Assembly: GCA_963755125.1 (NCBI GenBank)
Contig: CAVWIP010000015.1
Location: forward strand, 96,001-160,000
Length of the DNA: 64,000 bases
From: an uncultured delta proteobacterium
GTDB lineage: Bacteria; Myxococcota_A; Polyangia; Fen-1088
Direction: 5' to 3'
Numbering within the stretch: the stretch's first letter is position 1; each line of letters starts with the position of its first letter. This document shows, one piece after another, positions 42,060 to 51,829 of this stretch. The notes beneath the pieces are model-generated. The model saw only the letters and a program-made list of their open reading frames with translations, was not told where the DNA came from and ran no database searches. Both the position numbers and the translations under genes were made by a program.

Positions 42060-44006
42060 ATGACGAGAGTCCAAGCCAAACCCGGTACGGGGATTATCCT
42101 CGCACTTCTCCTCGGGCTTGGCGGCTGCGCCGCGACGGTCAAGCAAGGCTTGCCCGTCATGCCCCCGGATGGCTGGGTGATCGCGTCCCCGGGCGGGTTG
42201 GTGGAGGTTCAAGTTCGATACTTCTCCCTGGGCGGGACGGCCAACTATCCCGCGCAGCCCCGTCTGTACTATCGCGCGGGATTTGGAGGTGGCGACGCTC
42301 GCGTCGAGATGCTGCGCTGGTCACCGCTCGGCATCACCCGCAAGGACGCGGACTTCACCGACGACCTCGTCTACCTGGGCGAAAGCCAGCGTCGCGTGAC
42401 GGACGACTACACGCTGCCGCGTGGGAAGCGCAGCCACTTCAGCAACACCGGCGTTGAGCACGTGCTCTCGTTTGAAACGCCCCAGAAGGCGCGCATGGAT
42501 CTCGTCGTGCGCGCCTACGACGACGGGTTTGCTTTTCGCTATCATTTTCCCGAAACCGATTCAGGACAGTTTACGGTTACCGGCGAGGCCACCGGTTTTC
42601 GTTTCCTCCCTGGCGCGCGCGCGACCCTGCTGCCCCAGTTTGACCCCGGCGCGAGCCAAGGAGAAGGCGGCCCGGCCGAGTGGGTGGGTGATGTGCCAGC
42701 GGGCAGGGCGGCGCCCGCAGGGGCGAGCTGGGCGTTGCCCGCCCTGTTTGCTTCGGCGGATGGGTCGCACTGGGCCTTGCTGGCCGAGGCCGGACTGGCC
42801 GCCGGCCACGCGGCTCTTGGGTTGGCCGCCAAGTCAGACAACGAGATCTATCGCGTCCGCTTCCCCCATCCCGACGAGGAAGCGGGGCGCGGAGACGTGC
42901 AGCCGAGATCCGCCTTGCCCTGGTCCACGCCCTGGCGGGTCGCGATCATGTCGGATCGGCTGGGCGGCATCGTGGAATCGAGTCTGGTGACCGACCTCGG
43001 CACACCGGCGCCGGTGGGCGCGGGAGATTGGGTCAGGCCGGACAACCTGCTCCGGCGCGTGGCCGCCGGCGGGATCGATCAGGCCAGCCTCGCTCAGGGT
43101 TCGGGCCTGGCGGAGGACACGGCGTCCATGGGCTGGGGCTATGCGCTGCTTTCTGCCGAATGGCCAAGCGGAGGCGGGGGCGCGTGGCACAAGCTCGTGC
43201 GCACTGCCGCCAGCAAGAAGGTCGGACTGCTCATCGGGCCTCGCGACGCGGCCGGGCTGCCACTCGCCGAGTTCGCGGCCGCCGGCCTGAAGGGTGTACG
43301 GGTCTCGGTTTCGCCCAGTGGCAAGCCCCACGTGGTGGGATCCCTGCTTGCGCTGTTGGAAGAGACAGGCAAGCGCCACTTGTTGGTGGAGTTAGAGGGA
43401 CGCATTCCCGGCGCAGGGTGGGATCGCACCTATCCTCACCTTCTGTCAGCCAGCATTCGGGGCAGCGACGCGCCCGAGCGCGACGGCGCCCGGCAGGCGC
43501 GACAGAACACCATCGAGCCGTTCACCCGCAATGTGGTGGGCCCCATGGAATCCATGCCCATCGCATTTCACAGCCCGGCGCACTCGTCCCGTTTGACCTG
43601 GGGTCATGGGCTGGGGATGACGGTAGTTCTCGAATCTGGCCTGCGCGGTTTTGCCGATAGCGACGGCGTGATTCCCAAAGAGGCATTGGACGTGCTGTCC
43701 ACCCTGCCCAGCGCCTGGGACGAAACCCGGTTCCTCGACGGCGATCCTGGCCACACCGTCATCATCGCCCGGCGCAAGGGCCGTACCTGGTACATAGGCG
43801 GGCTGAACGGCGACGCAACTGCCAAGATACGTTCTGTCCCGCTGGAGCTTCTTGGCACCGGCATCTTCAACATGACGCTCCTGGCGGATGGCCCCACCCC
43901 GACCGAACTGCTGATCACGAAACGGCAACGCAACGCCACCGACGTGCAGGCCGTCAAGCTGGCGCCCTTCGGGGGGTTCGTCGTGCGCCTGGTTCCCCAG
44001 CACTAG
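42060..44006 (+). CDS. Glycoside hydrolase family 97 homologue (lipoprotein, degenerate catalytic domain)
   Basis: SPLG, RAYDDGFAFRY, TPWRV, RTYP, PFTRNVVGPM, LPSAWDETRFLDG, ARRKG..WYIGG. Confidence 0.85.
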   Translation: MTRVQAKPGTGIILALLLGLGGCAATVKQGLPVMPPDGWVIASPGGLVEVQVRYFSLGGTANYPAQPRLYYRAGFGGGDARVEMLRWSPLGITRKDADFTDDLVYLGESQRRVTDDYTLPRGKRSHFSNTGVEHVLSFETPQKARMDLVVRAYDDGFAFRYHFPETDSGQFTVTGEATGFRFLPGARATLLPQFDPGASQGEGGPAEWVGDVPAGRAAPAGASWALPALFASADGSHWALLAEAGLAAGHAALGLAAKSDNEIYRVRFPHPDEEAGRGDVQPRSALPWSTPWRVAIMSDRLGGIVESSLVTDLGTPAPVGAGDWVRPDNLLRRVAAGGIDQASLAQGSGLAEDTASMGWGYALLSAEWPSGGGGAWHKLVRTAASKKVGLLIGPRDAAGLPLAEFAAAGLKGVRVSVSPSGKPHVVGSLLALLEETGKRHLLVELEGRIPGAGWDRTYPHLLSASIRGSDAPERDGARQARQNTIEPFTRNVVGPMESMPIAFHSPAHSSRLTWGHGLGMTVVLESGLRGFADSDGVIPKEALDVLSTLPSAWDETRFLDGDPGHTVIIARRKGRTWYIGGLNGDATAKIRSVPLELLGTGIFNMTLLADGPTPTELLITKRQRNATDVQAVKLAPFGGFVVRLVPQH

Positions 44007-45053
44007 CTACACCACCGTCCAGGGGCGCGGCAGAAAGCACTCCTGGTAGGTACGCAGGGCGTAGCGGTCGGTCATCCCCGTCAGAAAATCGGCGACCGCG
44101 CGCGAGAGATCCTCGGTGTCGGGAATGCCCTTGGGCCAGTGGCGCGCATGGAACTCGTCGGCGTGGAGATGGAAGTGGGCCCACATCTCGCTTATCACCC
44201 GCTCCGCGCGCTCGAACTCCTGGCGGATGTCGGCGCGCTCGTACACGCGCTCGAAAAGTACATCCCGCAAGGCGACCAGGGCGTGCATCACCTTGGGGCT
44301 CAGGCGAATTTGACGTTTTTCCTTCAGGGCTGAGGACTCGACCGCGTCGGTGACCAGCCGGCCGATGCGCTGGCTGTGCGAGGGACCCAACACCCCCACG
44401 ACCTCGGCGGGCAAGTCGTGCTCCGATAGGATGCGCCCGCGAATGGCGTCGTCGAGGTCGTGGTTCACGTAGGCGGCGATGTCCGCGATGCGCGCGATCT
44501 GCCCCTCCAGGGTCAGAGCGCAGAGTTCGGGGTTGTCCGAGATGATCTCGCCCTTTCCCTTGGAGTGCTTGAGGATGCCGTCGCGCACTTCGACGCTCAG
44601 ATTCAGGCCCATCCCGTCGTGCTCCAGCACCTCCACCACGCGCACCGACTGGCGGCCATGATGAAACCCACCGGGGACCAATTTGGCTAGGGCCCGCTCG
44701 CCAGCGTGGCCAAAAGGCGTGTGCCCCAGATCGTGGCCCATGGCAATGGCCTCGGTCAGCGATTCGTTGAGGCGCAAAGCGCGCGCGATGGTGCGCGCAA
44801 TCTGCGACACCTCGAGGGTATGGGTCAGGCGGGTGCGGTAGTGATCGCCCGCGGGCGCTAGGAAAACCTGTGTCTTTCCGGCTAGCCGTCTGAACGCCTT
44901 CGAGTGCAGAATGCGGTCGCGGTCGTGCTGGAAGATGGGCCGCGTGTCGTCGGCCGGTTCCTGTCGATCGCGGCCACGCGACAGGAGGCTCTTCTGCGCG
45001 AAGGGCGATAGAACCTTGTCCTCGTCGGCTTCCAGTTGTTCGCGGATCGTCAT
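44007..45053 (-). CDS. dgt: Deoxyguanosinetriphosphate triphosphohydrolase-like HD protein
   Basis: DRDRILHSKAFRRL..KTQVF, RTRLTHTLEV, GHDLGHTPFGHAGE, GMTDRYA. Confidence 0.94.
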   Translation of the reverse strand: MTIREQLEADEDKVLSPFAQKSLLSRGRDRQEPADDTRPIFQHDRDRILHSKAFRRLAGKTQVFLAPAGDHYRTRLTHTLEVSQIARTIARALRLNESLTEAIAMGHDLGHTPFGHAGERALAKLVPGGFHHGRQSVRVVEVLEHDGMGLNLSVEVRDGILKHSKGKGEIISDNPELCALTLEGQIARIADIAAYVNHDLDDAIRGRILSEHDLPAEVVGVLGPSHSQRIGRLVTDAVESSALKEKRQIRLSPKVMHALVALRDVLFERVYERADIRQEFERAERVISEMWAHFHLHADEFHARHWPKGIPDTEDLSRAVADFLTGMTDRYALRTYQECFLPRPWTVV

Positions 45054-45228
45054 ATCCCCTCGTGCCCCTGTTTCGCTGACGTTTCCATGCAGTTACTTCG
45101 GGGAAAGTTACCAGTTTCTCGGCCGCAAGCGGTTGGTGTCCCCAGCGCTAAATCACGCATGCCTCACGGGAAGAGTCTTGCCGCAATTTCGTTACGCTCC
45201 TACCTTGCCATGTGAAAGGAAGACTTCC

Positions 45229-46701
45229 ATGAAATCAAGTCGCACTGGACGTGACTGGCTCCTCCCCGTCGTCGTGGCGTTGGCCGTGAGCACCCTGTCG
45301 CCATCGCGGGCGCGAGCCGAAGAGCAGGGTGCGGTCCCGGCCGCAGCCCCGGCCGCAGCCAGCGGTCCCGACCTCGCCACCCGCGTCGCCGATCTGGAAG
45401 CCTACCTGAACAACACCGCGCCCAAGGCGCTCAGCGTGGCGGGCCCCGGCCACAATGCCTGGATGATGACCTCCGCCGCGCTGGTGCTCTTCATGACCTT
45501 GCCGGGGCTGGCCCTGTTCTACGGCGGCCTGGTCCGGCGCAAGAACGTGCTGTCGGTGCTGGCGCAGTGCCTGGGAACCGCTGGCGTCGTCACCATCTTG
45601 TGGTGGGCGTTCGGTTACAGCCTGGCCTTTGGCAGCGGGTCGCCCATCCTGGGGTCGCTCAAGTTCGCCTTTCTGAAGGGCGTGGGAAACACGCCCAACC
45701 CGGACTACGGGGCGTGGGTTTCGCACAACGTGTTTTCCATGTACCAGATGATGTTTGCCATCATCACGCCCGCGCTCATCGTGGGCGCCATCGCCGAGCG
45801 CATGAAGTACTCGGCCATCATGGCTTTCATCGTGGGCTGGATGCTGCTGGTGTATTTCCCGCTGGCTCACATGGTGTGGGGCAGCGACGGTTTCATGAAT
45901 GGCCTGGGCAACGCCAAGGCAGGCATCAGGGCCATCGATTTTGCCGGCGGCACCGTTGTGCACATGTCATCGGGCTGGTCGGCCCTCTTGCTGGCCATCA
46001 TCCTCGGCCGCCGCAAGGGCTGGGGCCACCGGCCCTTCATGCCTCACAGCATGGTGCTGACCATGGTGGGCACCGGGATGCTGTGGGTGGGCTGGTACGG
46101 CTTCAATGCAGGCAGCGCGGTCGCGGCCGACGGGATCGCGGCCAACGCCTTCACCGCGACCACCTTGGCGACGGCGGTGGCCTGCGCGGTGTGGCCGGCC
46201 ATTGAGTGGATCACGCGCGGCAAGCCCACCATACTCGGTTTCTGTTCGGGCGCAGTCGCGGGCCTGGTTGTCATCACGCCCGCCGCCGGCTTCGTCACCT
46301 CCACCGGCGCCGTGCTCATCGGCCTGCTGGCCGGAAGCATTCCCTACCTGGCCTGCACCAAGCTGAAAGCCTGGCTCAAGTACGACGACGCGCTCGACAC
46401 CTTCGGCGTCCACGGGGTGGGAGGAACCATGGGCGCGCTGCTGACCGGCTTTTTGGCCACGCCCGAGGCCAACCCGAACCTCAACGCCAACCTGGCGCAG
46501 ATCGTGGGAAAGACGCTGTGGCTGGAGCAACTCAAGGCCATGGGCCTGACCATCGTGCTCGCCCTGAGCGGCACGCTCGTCCTCGCCTATCTGGTGAAGG
46601 CCGTGATCGGCCTGCGGCCGGCTCCTGATTCGGAAGAGATGGGCCTCGACGATGCGGACCATGGCGAAGCTGGCTATCACTTCGACGAAGCCGGCGGATA
46701 G
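45229..46701 (+). CDS. amtB: Ammonium transporter
   Basis: PGLALFYGG, QMMFAIIT, DFAGGTVVH, WYGFNAGS, DDALDTFGVHG. Confidence 0.96.
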   Translation: MKSSRTGRDWLLPVVVALAVSTLSPSRARAEEQGAVPAAAPAAASGPDLATRVADLEAYLNNTAPKALSVAGPGHNAWMMTSAALVLFMTLPGLALFYGGLVRRKNVLSVLAQCLGTAGVVTILWWAFGYSLAFGSGSPILGSLKFAFLKGVGNTPNPDYGAWVSHNVFSMYQMMFAIITPALIVGAIAERMKYSAIMAFIVGWMLLVYFPLAHMVWGSDGFMNGLGNAKAGIRAIDFAGGTVVHMSSGWSALLLAIILGRRKGWGHRPFMPHSMVLTMVGTGMLWVGWYGFNAGSAVAADGIAANAFTATTLATAVACAVWPAIEWITRGKPTILGFCSGAVAGLVVITPAAGFVTSTGAVLIGLLAGSIPYLACTKLKAWLKYDDALDTFGVHGVGGTMGALLTGFLATPEANPNLNANLAQIVGKTLWLEQLKAMGLTIVLALSGTLVLAYLVKAVIGLRPAPDSEEMGLDDADHGEAGYHFDEAGG

Positions 46702-46717
46702 CGGTATCACATAGGGC

Positions 46718-47599
46718 GTGTTCGAGCCCAGTCCGACGGATAGTCTCTCGCCTCGCGGCGGAATCTTGCGTGCTGCGCGCCGGCCCGCCGGGTGGGTCGC
46801 GGCCGGGCCACCGCCCGAGACGCCCGAGGATCCCGGGGATCTGTGGCCGGGCCCGGGCGAGGATCTGTGCTGGCTGGCGGGAAACTGGCGCATCTTGCAG
46901 CGGCTCGATGGCCATCGCACTTCGCTCGACGATCTGGTGACGGCACACATGGCCGCGTCGCTGCTCGCCAACCCGGCGTCCGCGCGCTGGCTCGATCTGG
47001 GGACAGGCATCGGCAGTGTCGCCTTGTTCCTGGCCTGGCGCTTTCCGCAGGCGCGCGGGCTGGGCGTGGAGGTGCAGGAGATCTCCGCAGCGATGGCGCG
47101 GCGGAGCCTTGCCTGGAACGGTGCCGCTGGTCGGGTGGAAATCCGTGACGGCGATTTCCGCGATCCGGCGTCGCTGGCAGGGCAGGGGTCCTTTGATCTG
47201 GTGACCGGCACGCCACCGTACTTTCCCGTCGGGACTGGCCCGCAGTCCGATCGGGAGCAGCGCGCCCCGTGCCGCTTCGAGCATCACGGTGGTGTGGAGG
47301 CGTACTGTGAGGCGGCCGCCCGCGTGCTGGCGCCCGCCGCGCCCTTGGTCGCGTGTGAGGCGTGGATCCAGCGCGAGCGTGTCGAACCCGCAGGGCGCGC
47401 GGCTGGCCTGGCGCTTAGCCACTGGCGCGAGGTGATCCCGCGCGAAGGCAAGGCCCCGCTCTTCGTCGTCTTTGCCATGACCGCGGCCCCAGGGGTTGGA
47501 CCCCTGGTCAACCAGCCGCCGCTGGTTGTGCGCGACCGCGAAGGCCGGCGCACGCCCGAGTTCGTGGCCGTGCGCCAAACCATGGGCATGCCGGCGTAG
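46718..47599 (+). CDS. SAM-dependent methyltransferase (tRNA1(Val) m6A37/YfiC-like)
   Basis: LDLGTGIGS, TPPYF, CRFE; start uncertain. Confidence 0.75.
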   Translation: MFEPSPTDSLSPRGGILRAARRPAGWVAAGPPPETPEDPGDLWPGPGEDLCWLAGNWRILQRLDGHRTSLDDLVTAHMAASLLANPASARWLDLGTGIGSVALFLAWRFPQARGLGVEVQEISAAMARRSLAWNGAAGRVEIRDGDFRDPASLAGQGSFDLVTGTPPYFPVGTGPQSDREQRAPCRFEHHGGVEAYCEAAARVLAPAAPLVACEAWIQRERVEPAGRAAGLALSHWREVIPREGKAPLFVVFAMTAAPGVGPLVNQPPLVVRDREGRRTPEFVAVRQTMGMPA

Positions 47600-47604
47600 C
47601 AGGG

Positions 47605-49515
47605 CTACCGCCGCACGAAGATGTCTGGCTTGGGAGGCATCGTCATGCCGTTGCCGATGTGAAAACCCGGGTGAGGAGGCTGATTGAAACCAGTCTGCTC
47701 GGAAGACACCTGCATGCGGTACTGAGGATCGTGCATCAGAGTGTAGATTCGGCGCGTGGTCACATCCGTGGTTGTGTACAGACGCAAGGCCGAGTTGTCC
47801 GCCTCGCGCCAGACGATCTCCTCACGCCAGTCGCCCAGCAGGTCCGCGGTCAAGGTGGGGGTCCGGTTGGAGTTGTCCGGCGCGCACTGGGCACAGCTCA
47901 GCAGTGTGCCAGCGCCGTACTTGGTGATCGACGTGCCATCTTCCAGTTCACGCGATTCGTCCGCGTCCCAGTAGATGAGGAAGTTGGTCGAAGTCGGCTT
48001 GGCGCCAAGGGCATGGCCGTCGGTCGCCGAAAAGAGATCCGGGCTCGCGTCGCTCCACATCTCCGCGCCTGGATTGCCCGGCCAGATGTCATCGGCCACG
48101 CCAGCACGGTTGTCGATACCAGTGCGCGGACCCTTCACGATCAGTTCGCAAGCGAATGCATCGTGCACATCGTAGGCAGCCGCGGCCCCGGCCCCGTGGA
48201 CCATGAAGACTTGCGTGCCTATGTCGTTGATCTGAAGCGATGGAGCCAGTACGCCCACGTGGAGCGTGTCGCCGTGGCCAAAGCCGGTCGAACACAGCCG
48301 TGTTCCGTTGCTGGCGATGGTCGACGAACCGTATACGATCTCCTGGGCCCCGTCGCCATCCGCGTCCGTCACCATCATGCTGTCGGCGCCCTGACCTGCG
48401 TACGCGGTGCCCTGATCGCTATCCGCCATCCACATCAGCGTGAGAGCGCCGTCCCGCCAATTCCAGGCGCCAAGGACGTTGCGCGTGTACACCCCGCGCG
48501 TCATGATGATGCTCGGGCGACCGCTGGCGGTTCCATCGGGCTGATCGGCGACAAACGCCGCTGTGGAAAGGAAGATGTCCACGCGATTGCCGTAGTCGTC
48601 GCCCCAAGCAGCGACCACTCCCCTCGCAGGCTGAAAGTCGACCGTTGCCAGCTCGGCGCCCGTGTCCCCTTCAAACACGGTCAGGTATTCGGGCCCGGTG
48701 AGGATGTAGCCGGATGAATTGCGGTAGTCAGCGCTGTCGTCGTCGGTTGCTGCCGGTCCTGTCTGCAGGTAGCTTCCGGTTCCGTCGAGCGTGCCGGGCG
48801 CGGTCTTGACCACCACTTCGGCTTTCCCGTCACCGTCGAAGTCATAGACCAGGTGCTGGGTGTAGTGTTCACCTGCCCGGATGTTGGGGCCCAGATCGAT
48901 ACGCCAGAGAAACTGCCCATCCAGCGTGTAGGCATCCAGAAGCACGTCGCCGGTACAACCGGGCACTGCATTGTCTTTGGCGTTTGACGGATCCCATTTG
49001 AGGACGATCTCGTAGCGTCCGTCTCCGTCGAGATCCCCGACGGAGCCGTCGCCGGCGTTGTAGGTGTAGCGTTCGTTGGGGGTTGGGCAGGTCGCCGGGG
49101 TTACGCCCGGCGGGGGAACCTGCAGGGGAATCCGCAGGTAGTCTTGCGGCCACGCGGTCACCTTGGGGGACAGCTCCTGCGTCTCTCCGTCGATGACCGC
49201 AGCCACCTGATATTCAACGTCGGCGCTGCCCATGGGGTCCAGGAAGTTCGTGCTGTCGGGCACGGTCGCCAGCAGCGCGCTGTCCCGGTAGACAGCGTAG
49301 GCAACCCGCGCGGGATCCGTGTCGTCGTATTCGTAGCCGAACATGCGCCAGCCCAGGTAAACCCCATTGGGCACGCTGACCGCGACCAGTCCACGGTCCA
49401 GGTACTCCATGTGATAGTGCTCGCCCAGGGCGGGCGCCAACGGCGTGATGACGACCAGATCTCGGGAGTCGCACCCGAGACAAAGGCCCAGCAGAATGAC
49501 AGCCGCGCGCTTCAC
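47605..49515 (-). CDS. Rhamnogalacturonan lyase (PL11, YesW-like), lipoprotein
   Basis: MEYLDRGLVAV, GDLDGDG.YEIVLKWDPSNAKDN, IDLGPNIRAG.HYT, ADLLGDWREE, TLMHDPQYR, NQPPHP. Confidence 0.92.
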   Translation of the reverse strand: MKRAAVILLGLCLGCDSRDLVVITPLAPALGEHYHMEYLDRGLVAVSVPNGVYLGWRMFGYEYDDTDPARVAYAVYRDSALLATVPDSTNFLDPMGSADVEYQVAAVIDGETQELSPKVTAWPQDYLRIPLQVPPPGVTPATCPTPNERYTYNAGDGSVGDLDGDGRYEIVLKWDPSNAKDNAVPGCTGDVLLDAYTLDGQFLWRIDLGPNIRAGEHYTQHLVYDFDGDGKAEVVVKTAPGTLDGTGSYLQTGPAATDDDSADYRNSSGYILTGPEYLTVFEGDTGAELATVDFQPARGVVAAWGDDYGNRVDIFLSTAAFVADQPDGTASGRPSIIMTRGVYTRNVLGAWNWRDGALTLMWMADSDQGTAYAGQGADSMMVTDADGDGAQEIVYGSSTIASNGTRLCSTGFGHGDTLHVGVLAPSLQINDIGTQVFMVHGAGAAAAYDVHDAFACELIVKGPRTGIDNRAGVADDIWPGNPGAEMWSDASPDLFSATDGHALGAKPTSTNFLIYWDADESRELEDGTSITKYGAGTLLSCAQCAPDNSNRTPTLTADLLGDWREEIVWREADNSALRLYTTTDVTTRRIYTLMHDPQYRMQVSSEQTGFNQPPHPGFHIGNGMTMPPKPDIFVRR

Positions 49516-50555
49516 TAGAATCGCGCTCCCACGACTGCGGAGCCCATCCACGAAGGTTGGCCCGTGCTCGCGACAAAAGTCCGCAGGCTATAGACGCGTG
49601 GCTCCGGTGTGAGCCACAAGGTGCCCGCAGTGACGTCAACAAACCAGTGGCGGGCAAGGGAAGCCATGACGCCCACCGAGGCCCGTCCGCCCAGCGACCA
49701 GGCAGTGAGGTTTTGTCCCTGAAAGCCGGTCTTGGCGATTCCTTCGGCTACCATCTGATACGCGCCCGCGCCGGCTTCGGCATGGGGGAGAAGTCGCCAC
49801 CAATGCCAGCGCGTGAAGGTAACACCAAACCCGAGGAAGCGCTGATCGACGCGCACGGTTCCTTCCTGGGTCTGCAGCTGCGGGCGCGTTCCCAAGCCGA
49901 ATGCGCTGGCCGTGACGCGAAACCAGGAGTACAGCTGATACCCACCCTCGAGATAGGGCAGCAGCGACGGCGAAAAGCCCGAAGCGGTGGCGAGAATCGC
50001 CAGACCGCCGGCCAAGAAAGTGCGATCTCGTATGGCGGGCGTTGGTGCGGATGGCGGAGGCGACGGTTTTACCGTCGCCAGTCTGGCCGCGAGGGTATCG
50101 AACATGCGGGCCCGGATGAAGTCGACGGCGCGCACCGCGATGACGACGTCCGCTCGATCCATGTCCTCGTCCGAGACGCGCAGGTGAGCCATCGAGGTCT
50201 TGCCGCTCGACCGATCGAGGAACCAGACGTCGAGTTGCCGGGAGCCGGACTCCGCGCTGGCCGCGTCGGAGGCATTGGCGAATACCACGACCGCGGCGGT
50301 TCGCGGTCCGGGCGCGAGAGTCGCGAGTTGCGCGTCGGGTGTGTTGAGAGTGTCCCCGCGGATGAAGCGCACCTCGAAGCCCACCGAAAGGGCTTCGCCG
50401 CGCAAGCGGTTGAGAGCCTCCTGCATAGCGCTGTTCTGTCCCTCGGGGATCGCCACGGCGATCACCGCAGGACCCGAATCCGCAGGCGTGCCTGTCCCGA
50501 CGTCGGCCGGGGGAGATGCAACGGCCAGAAGCAAAGAGGCAAGCTGCGCGGTCAC
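49515..50555 (-). CDS. Hypothetical secreted protein with C-terminal beta-barrel-like region
   Basis: Signal-like N-terminus, Pro linker, amphipathic strands ending in Phe; overlaps both neighbours. Confidence 0.7.
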   Translation of the reverse strand: MTAQLASLLLAVASPPADVGTGTPADSGPAVIAVAIPEGQNSAMQEALNRLRGEALSVGFEVRFIRGDTLNTPDAQLATLAPGPRTAAVVVFANASDAASAESGSRQLDVWFLDRSSGKTSMAHLRVSDEDMDRADVVIAVRAVDFIRARMFDTLAARLATVKPSPPPSAPTPAIRDRTFLAGGLAILATASGFSPSLLPYLEGGYQLYSWFRVTASAFGLGTRPQLQTQEGTVRVDQRFLGFGVTFTRWHWWRLLPHAEAGAGAYQMVAEGIAKTGFQGQNLTAWSLGGRASVGVMASLARHWFVDVTAGTLWLTPEPRVYSLRTFVASTGQPSWMGSAVVGARF

Positions 50556-51829
50556 TCAGCCGCTGAGTCTACAACGGAACGAGCGAGTTCGGCCTGATTC
50601 CCCTGGGGAAAGCGTTGCAGGTAGGTCCGGGCAGCCTTGCGCGCCCGTTCGCGGTCCAGGGGAACGAGCAAGGTCAGCTTTCGTCCGAGCGCCTCGGAGG
50701 CATAGGATCCCCGGCCGGCCTCGGCAAGGTAGGTGTCATACCAGGTCAAGGCGGCGTCGGATGACGCAGGCCCAACCTCGGAAAGACGGCCCAGGAAGAA
50801 CGCGGCATCCTTGGCGCGATCGCTTCCCGCGAACCGCGCACGCAGGGCCAGCAACACCTGGCGGGCTGTCTCGTACTTCCTGGTGTAGCGGGCCGCATCC
50901 GCCAGCGTAATGAGATCCAGCGCCGAGCCGCGTGCCAGGGTGACGTCCAGTCCGCGCCTTTCCGCATCTCGCACGACGGCGGAGAAGTCCCCCTTTGCGA
51001 TCAGGTCCGACCAGAGCACCGGATGGCTTGCCCCGTCGTGCAGTGCGAGCCGGGCCGCCCCGCCATGTGCGGGGTGCTTCGCCGCGGTCGGGGCGGCCTG
51101 CGGGCTTTCCGGTGGCGCGGCAACCGGCGGCGTCGTCGTCACCTGGGCAGGCGCGGCGACGGGCACCTCGCGCGGCGGGTTCGCGAACAGTTCCAGCGAT
51201 TCGCCCCCCCGCAGGGTCAAGACGCGATCCTCGCGTGGGCCACGCACGTCGACCACCCCGTTCTTCACGTGCAAGTCCAGGCGGCCCTTTGCCGCGTCGA
51301 AGCCAAGACGGAAAGCCGTGCCCTTCACCAAAACCGAAAAAGGACCGGCCTCGAAGCGCCAGGACGAATCCTTGCGGGGCTTGACGTACACGTCGATCTC
51401 GCCGTCGGCAATGGCCACCTGGGCGCCGTGCGCGTCGGTGCCCAGCAGCCTGATCTTGGCGGATGGTTCGATTCCCAGGCGGGACTCGTCCGAGAAGAGC
51501 ACGCGCGCGCTCGTGGCGGCGGTGATGGTTTCAGCCGGTCCCACGGTCGCTCCCTCGACAATGCAGTGCAGGGGCCTGTCCGACGGGGCGAGCGGCAGGC
51601 GATAGGCTGCAATAACCAGCACCACGGCAGCCACCCCGGCCAGCGCCCATCGGCCCCATGGAAACCGGGGACGCAGGGAAATCGCCGGCTCCAAATGCTG
51701 CCCCTGTGCGAGTCGGCTCGCCAGGCGCTGCCAGCCCTGCTCCAGCTCGGTCTCGGTCACCTGCCCCAGTCCCTGCCTGGCCACAGAGGCGACATACTCA
51801 ATGATCCTGGCTTCCCGCGTGTTTGTCAT
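50552..51829 (-). CDS. FecR-domain anti-sigma/transducer with C-terminal TPR-like region
   Basis: Single TM helix, VLVKGTAF..., V..G.V.V FecR motif, YLQRFPQG. Confidence 0.85.
   Translation of the reverse strand: MTNTREARIIEYVASVARQGLGQVTETELEQGWQRLASRLAQGQHLEPAISLRPRFPWGRWALAGVAAVVLVIAAYRLPLAPSDRPLHCIVEGATVGPAETITAATSARVLFSDESRLGIEPSAKIRLLGTDAHGAQVAIADGEIDVYVKPRKDSSWRFEAGPFSVLVKGTAFRLGFDAAKGRLDLHVKNGVVDVRGPREDRVLTLRGGESLELFANPPREVPVAAPAQVTTTPPVAAPPESPQAAPTAAKHPAHGGAARLALHDGASHPVLWSDLIAKGDFSAVVRDAERRGLDVTLARGSALDLITLADAARYTRKYETARQVLLALRARFAGSDRAKDAAFFLGRLSEVGPASSDAALTWYDTYLAEAGRGSYASEALGRKLTLLVPLDRERARKAARTYLQRFPQGNQAELARSVVDSAAE

Noticed and set aside
45167..45182. Sigma-54 promoter for amtB (CGGGAAG-AGTC-TTGCC)
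   Set aside because: Spacing fits but the -24 box matches TGGCAC poorly; too weak to call.
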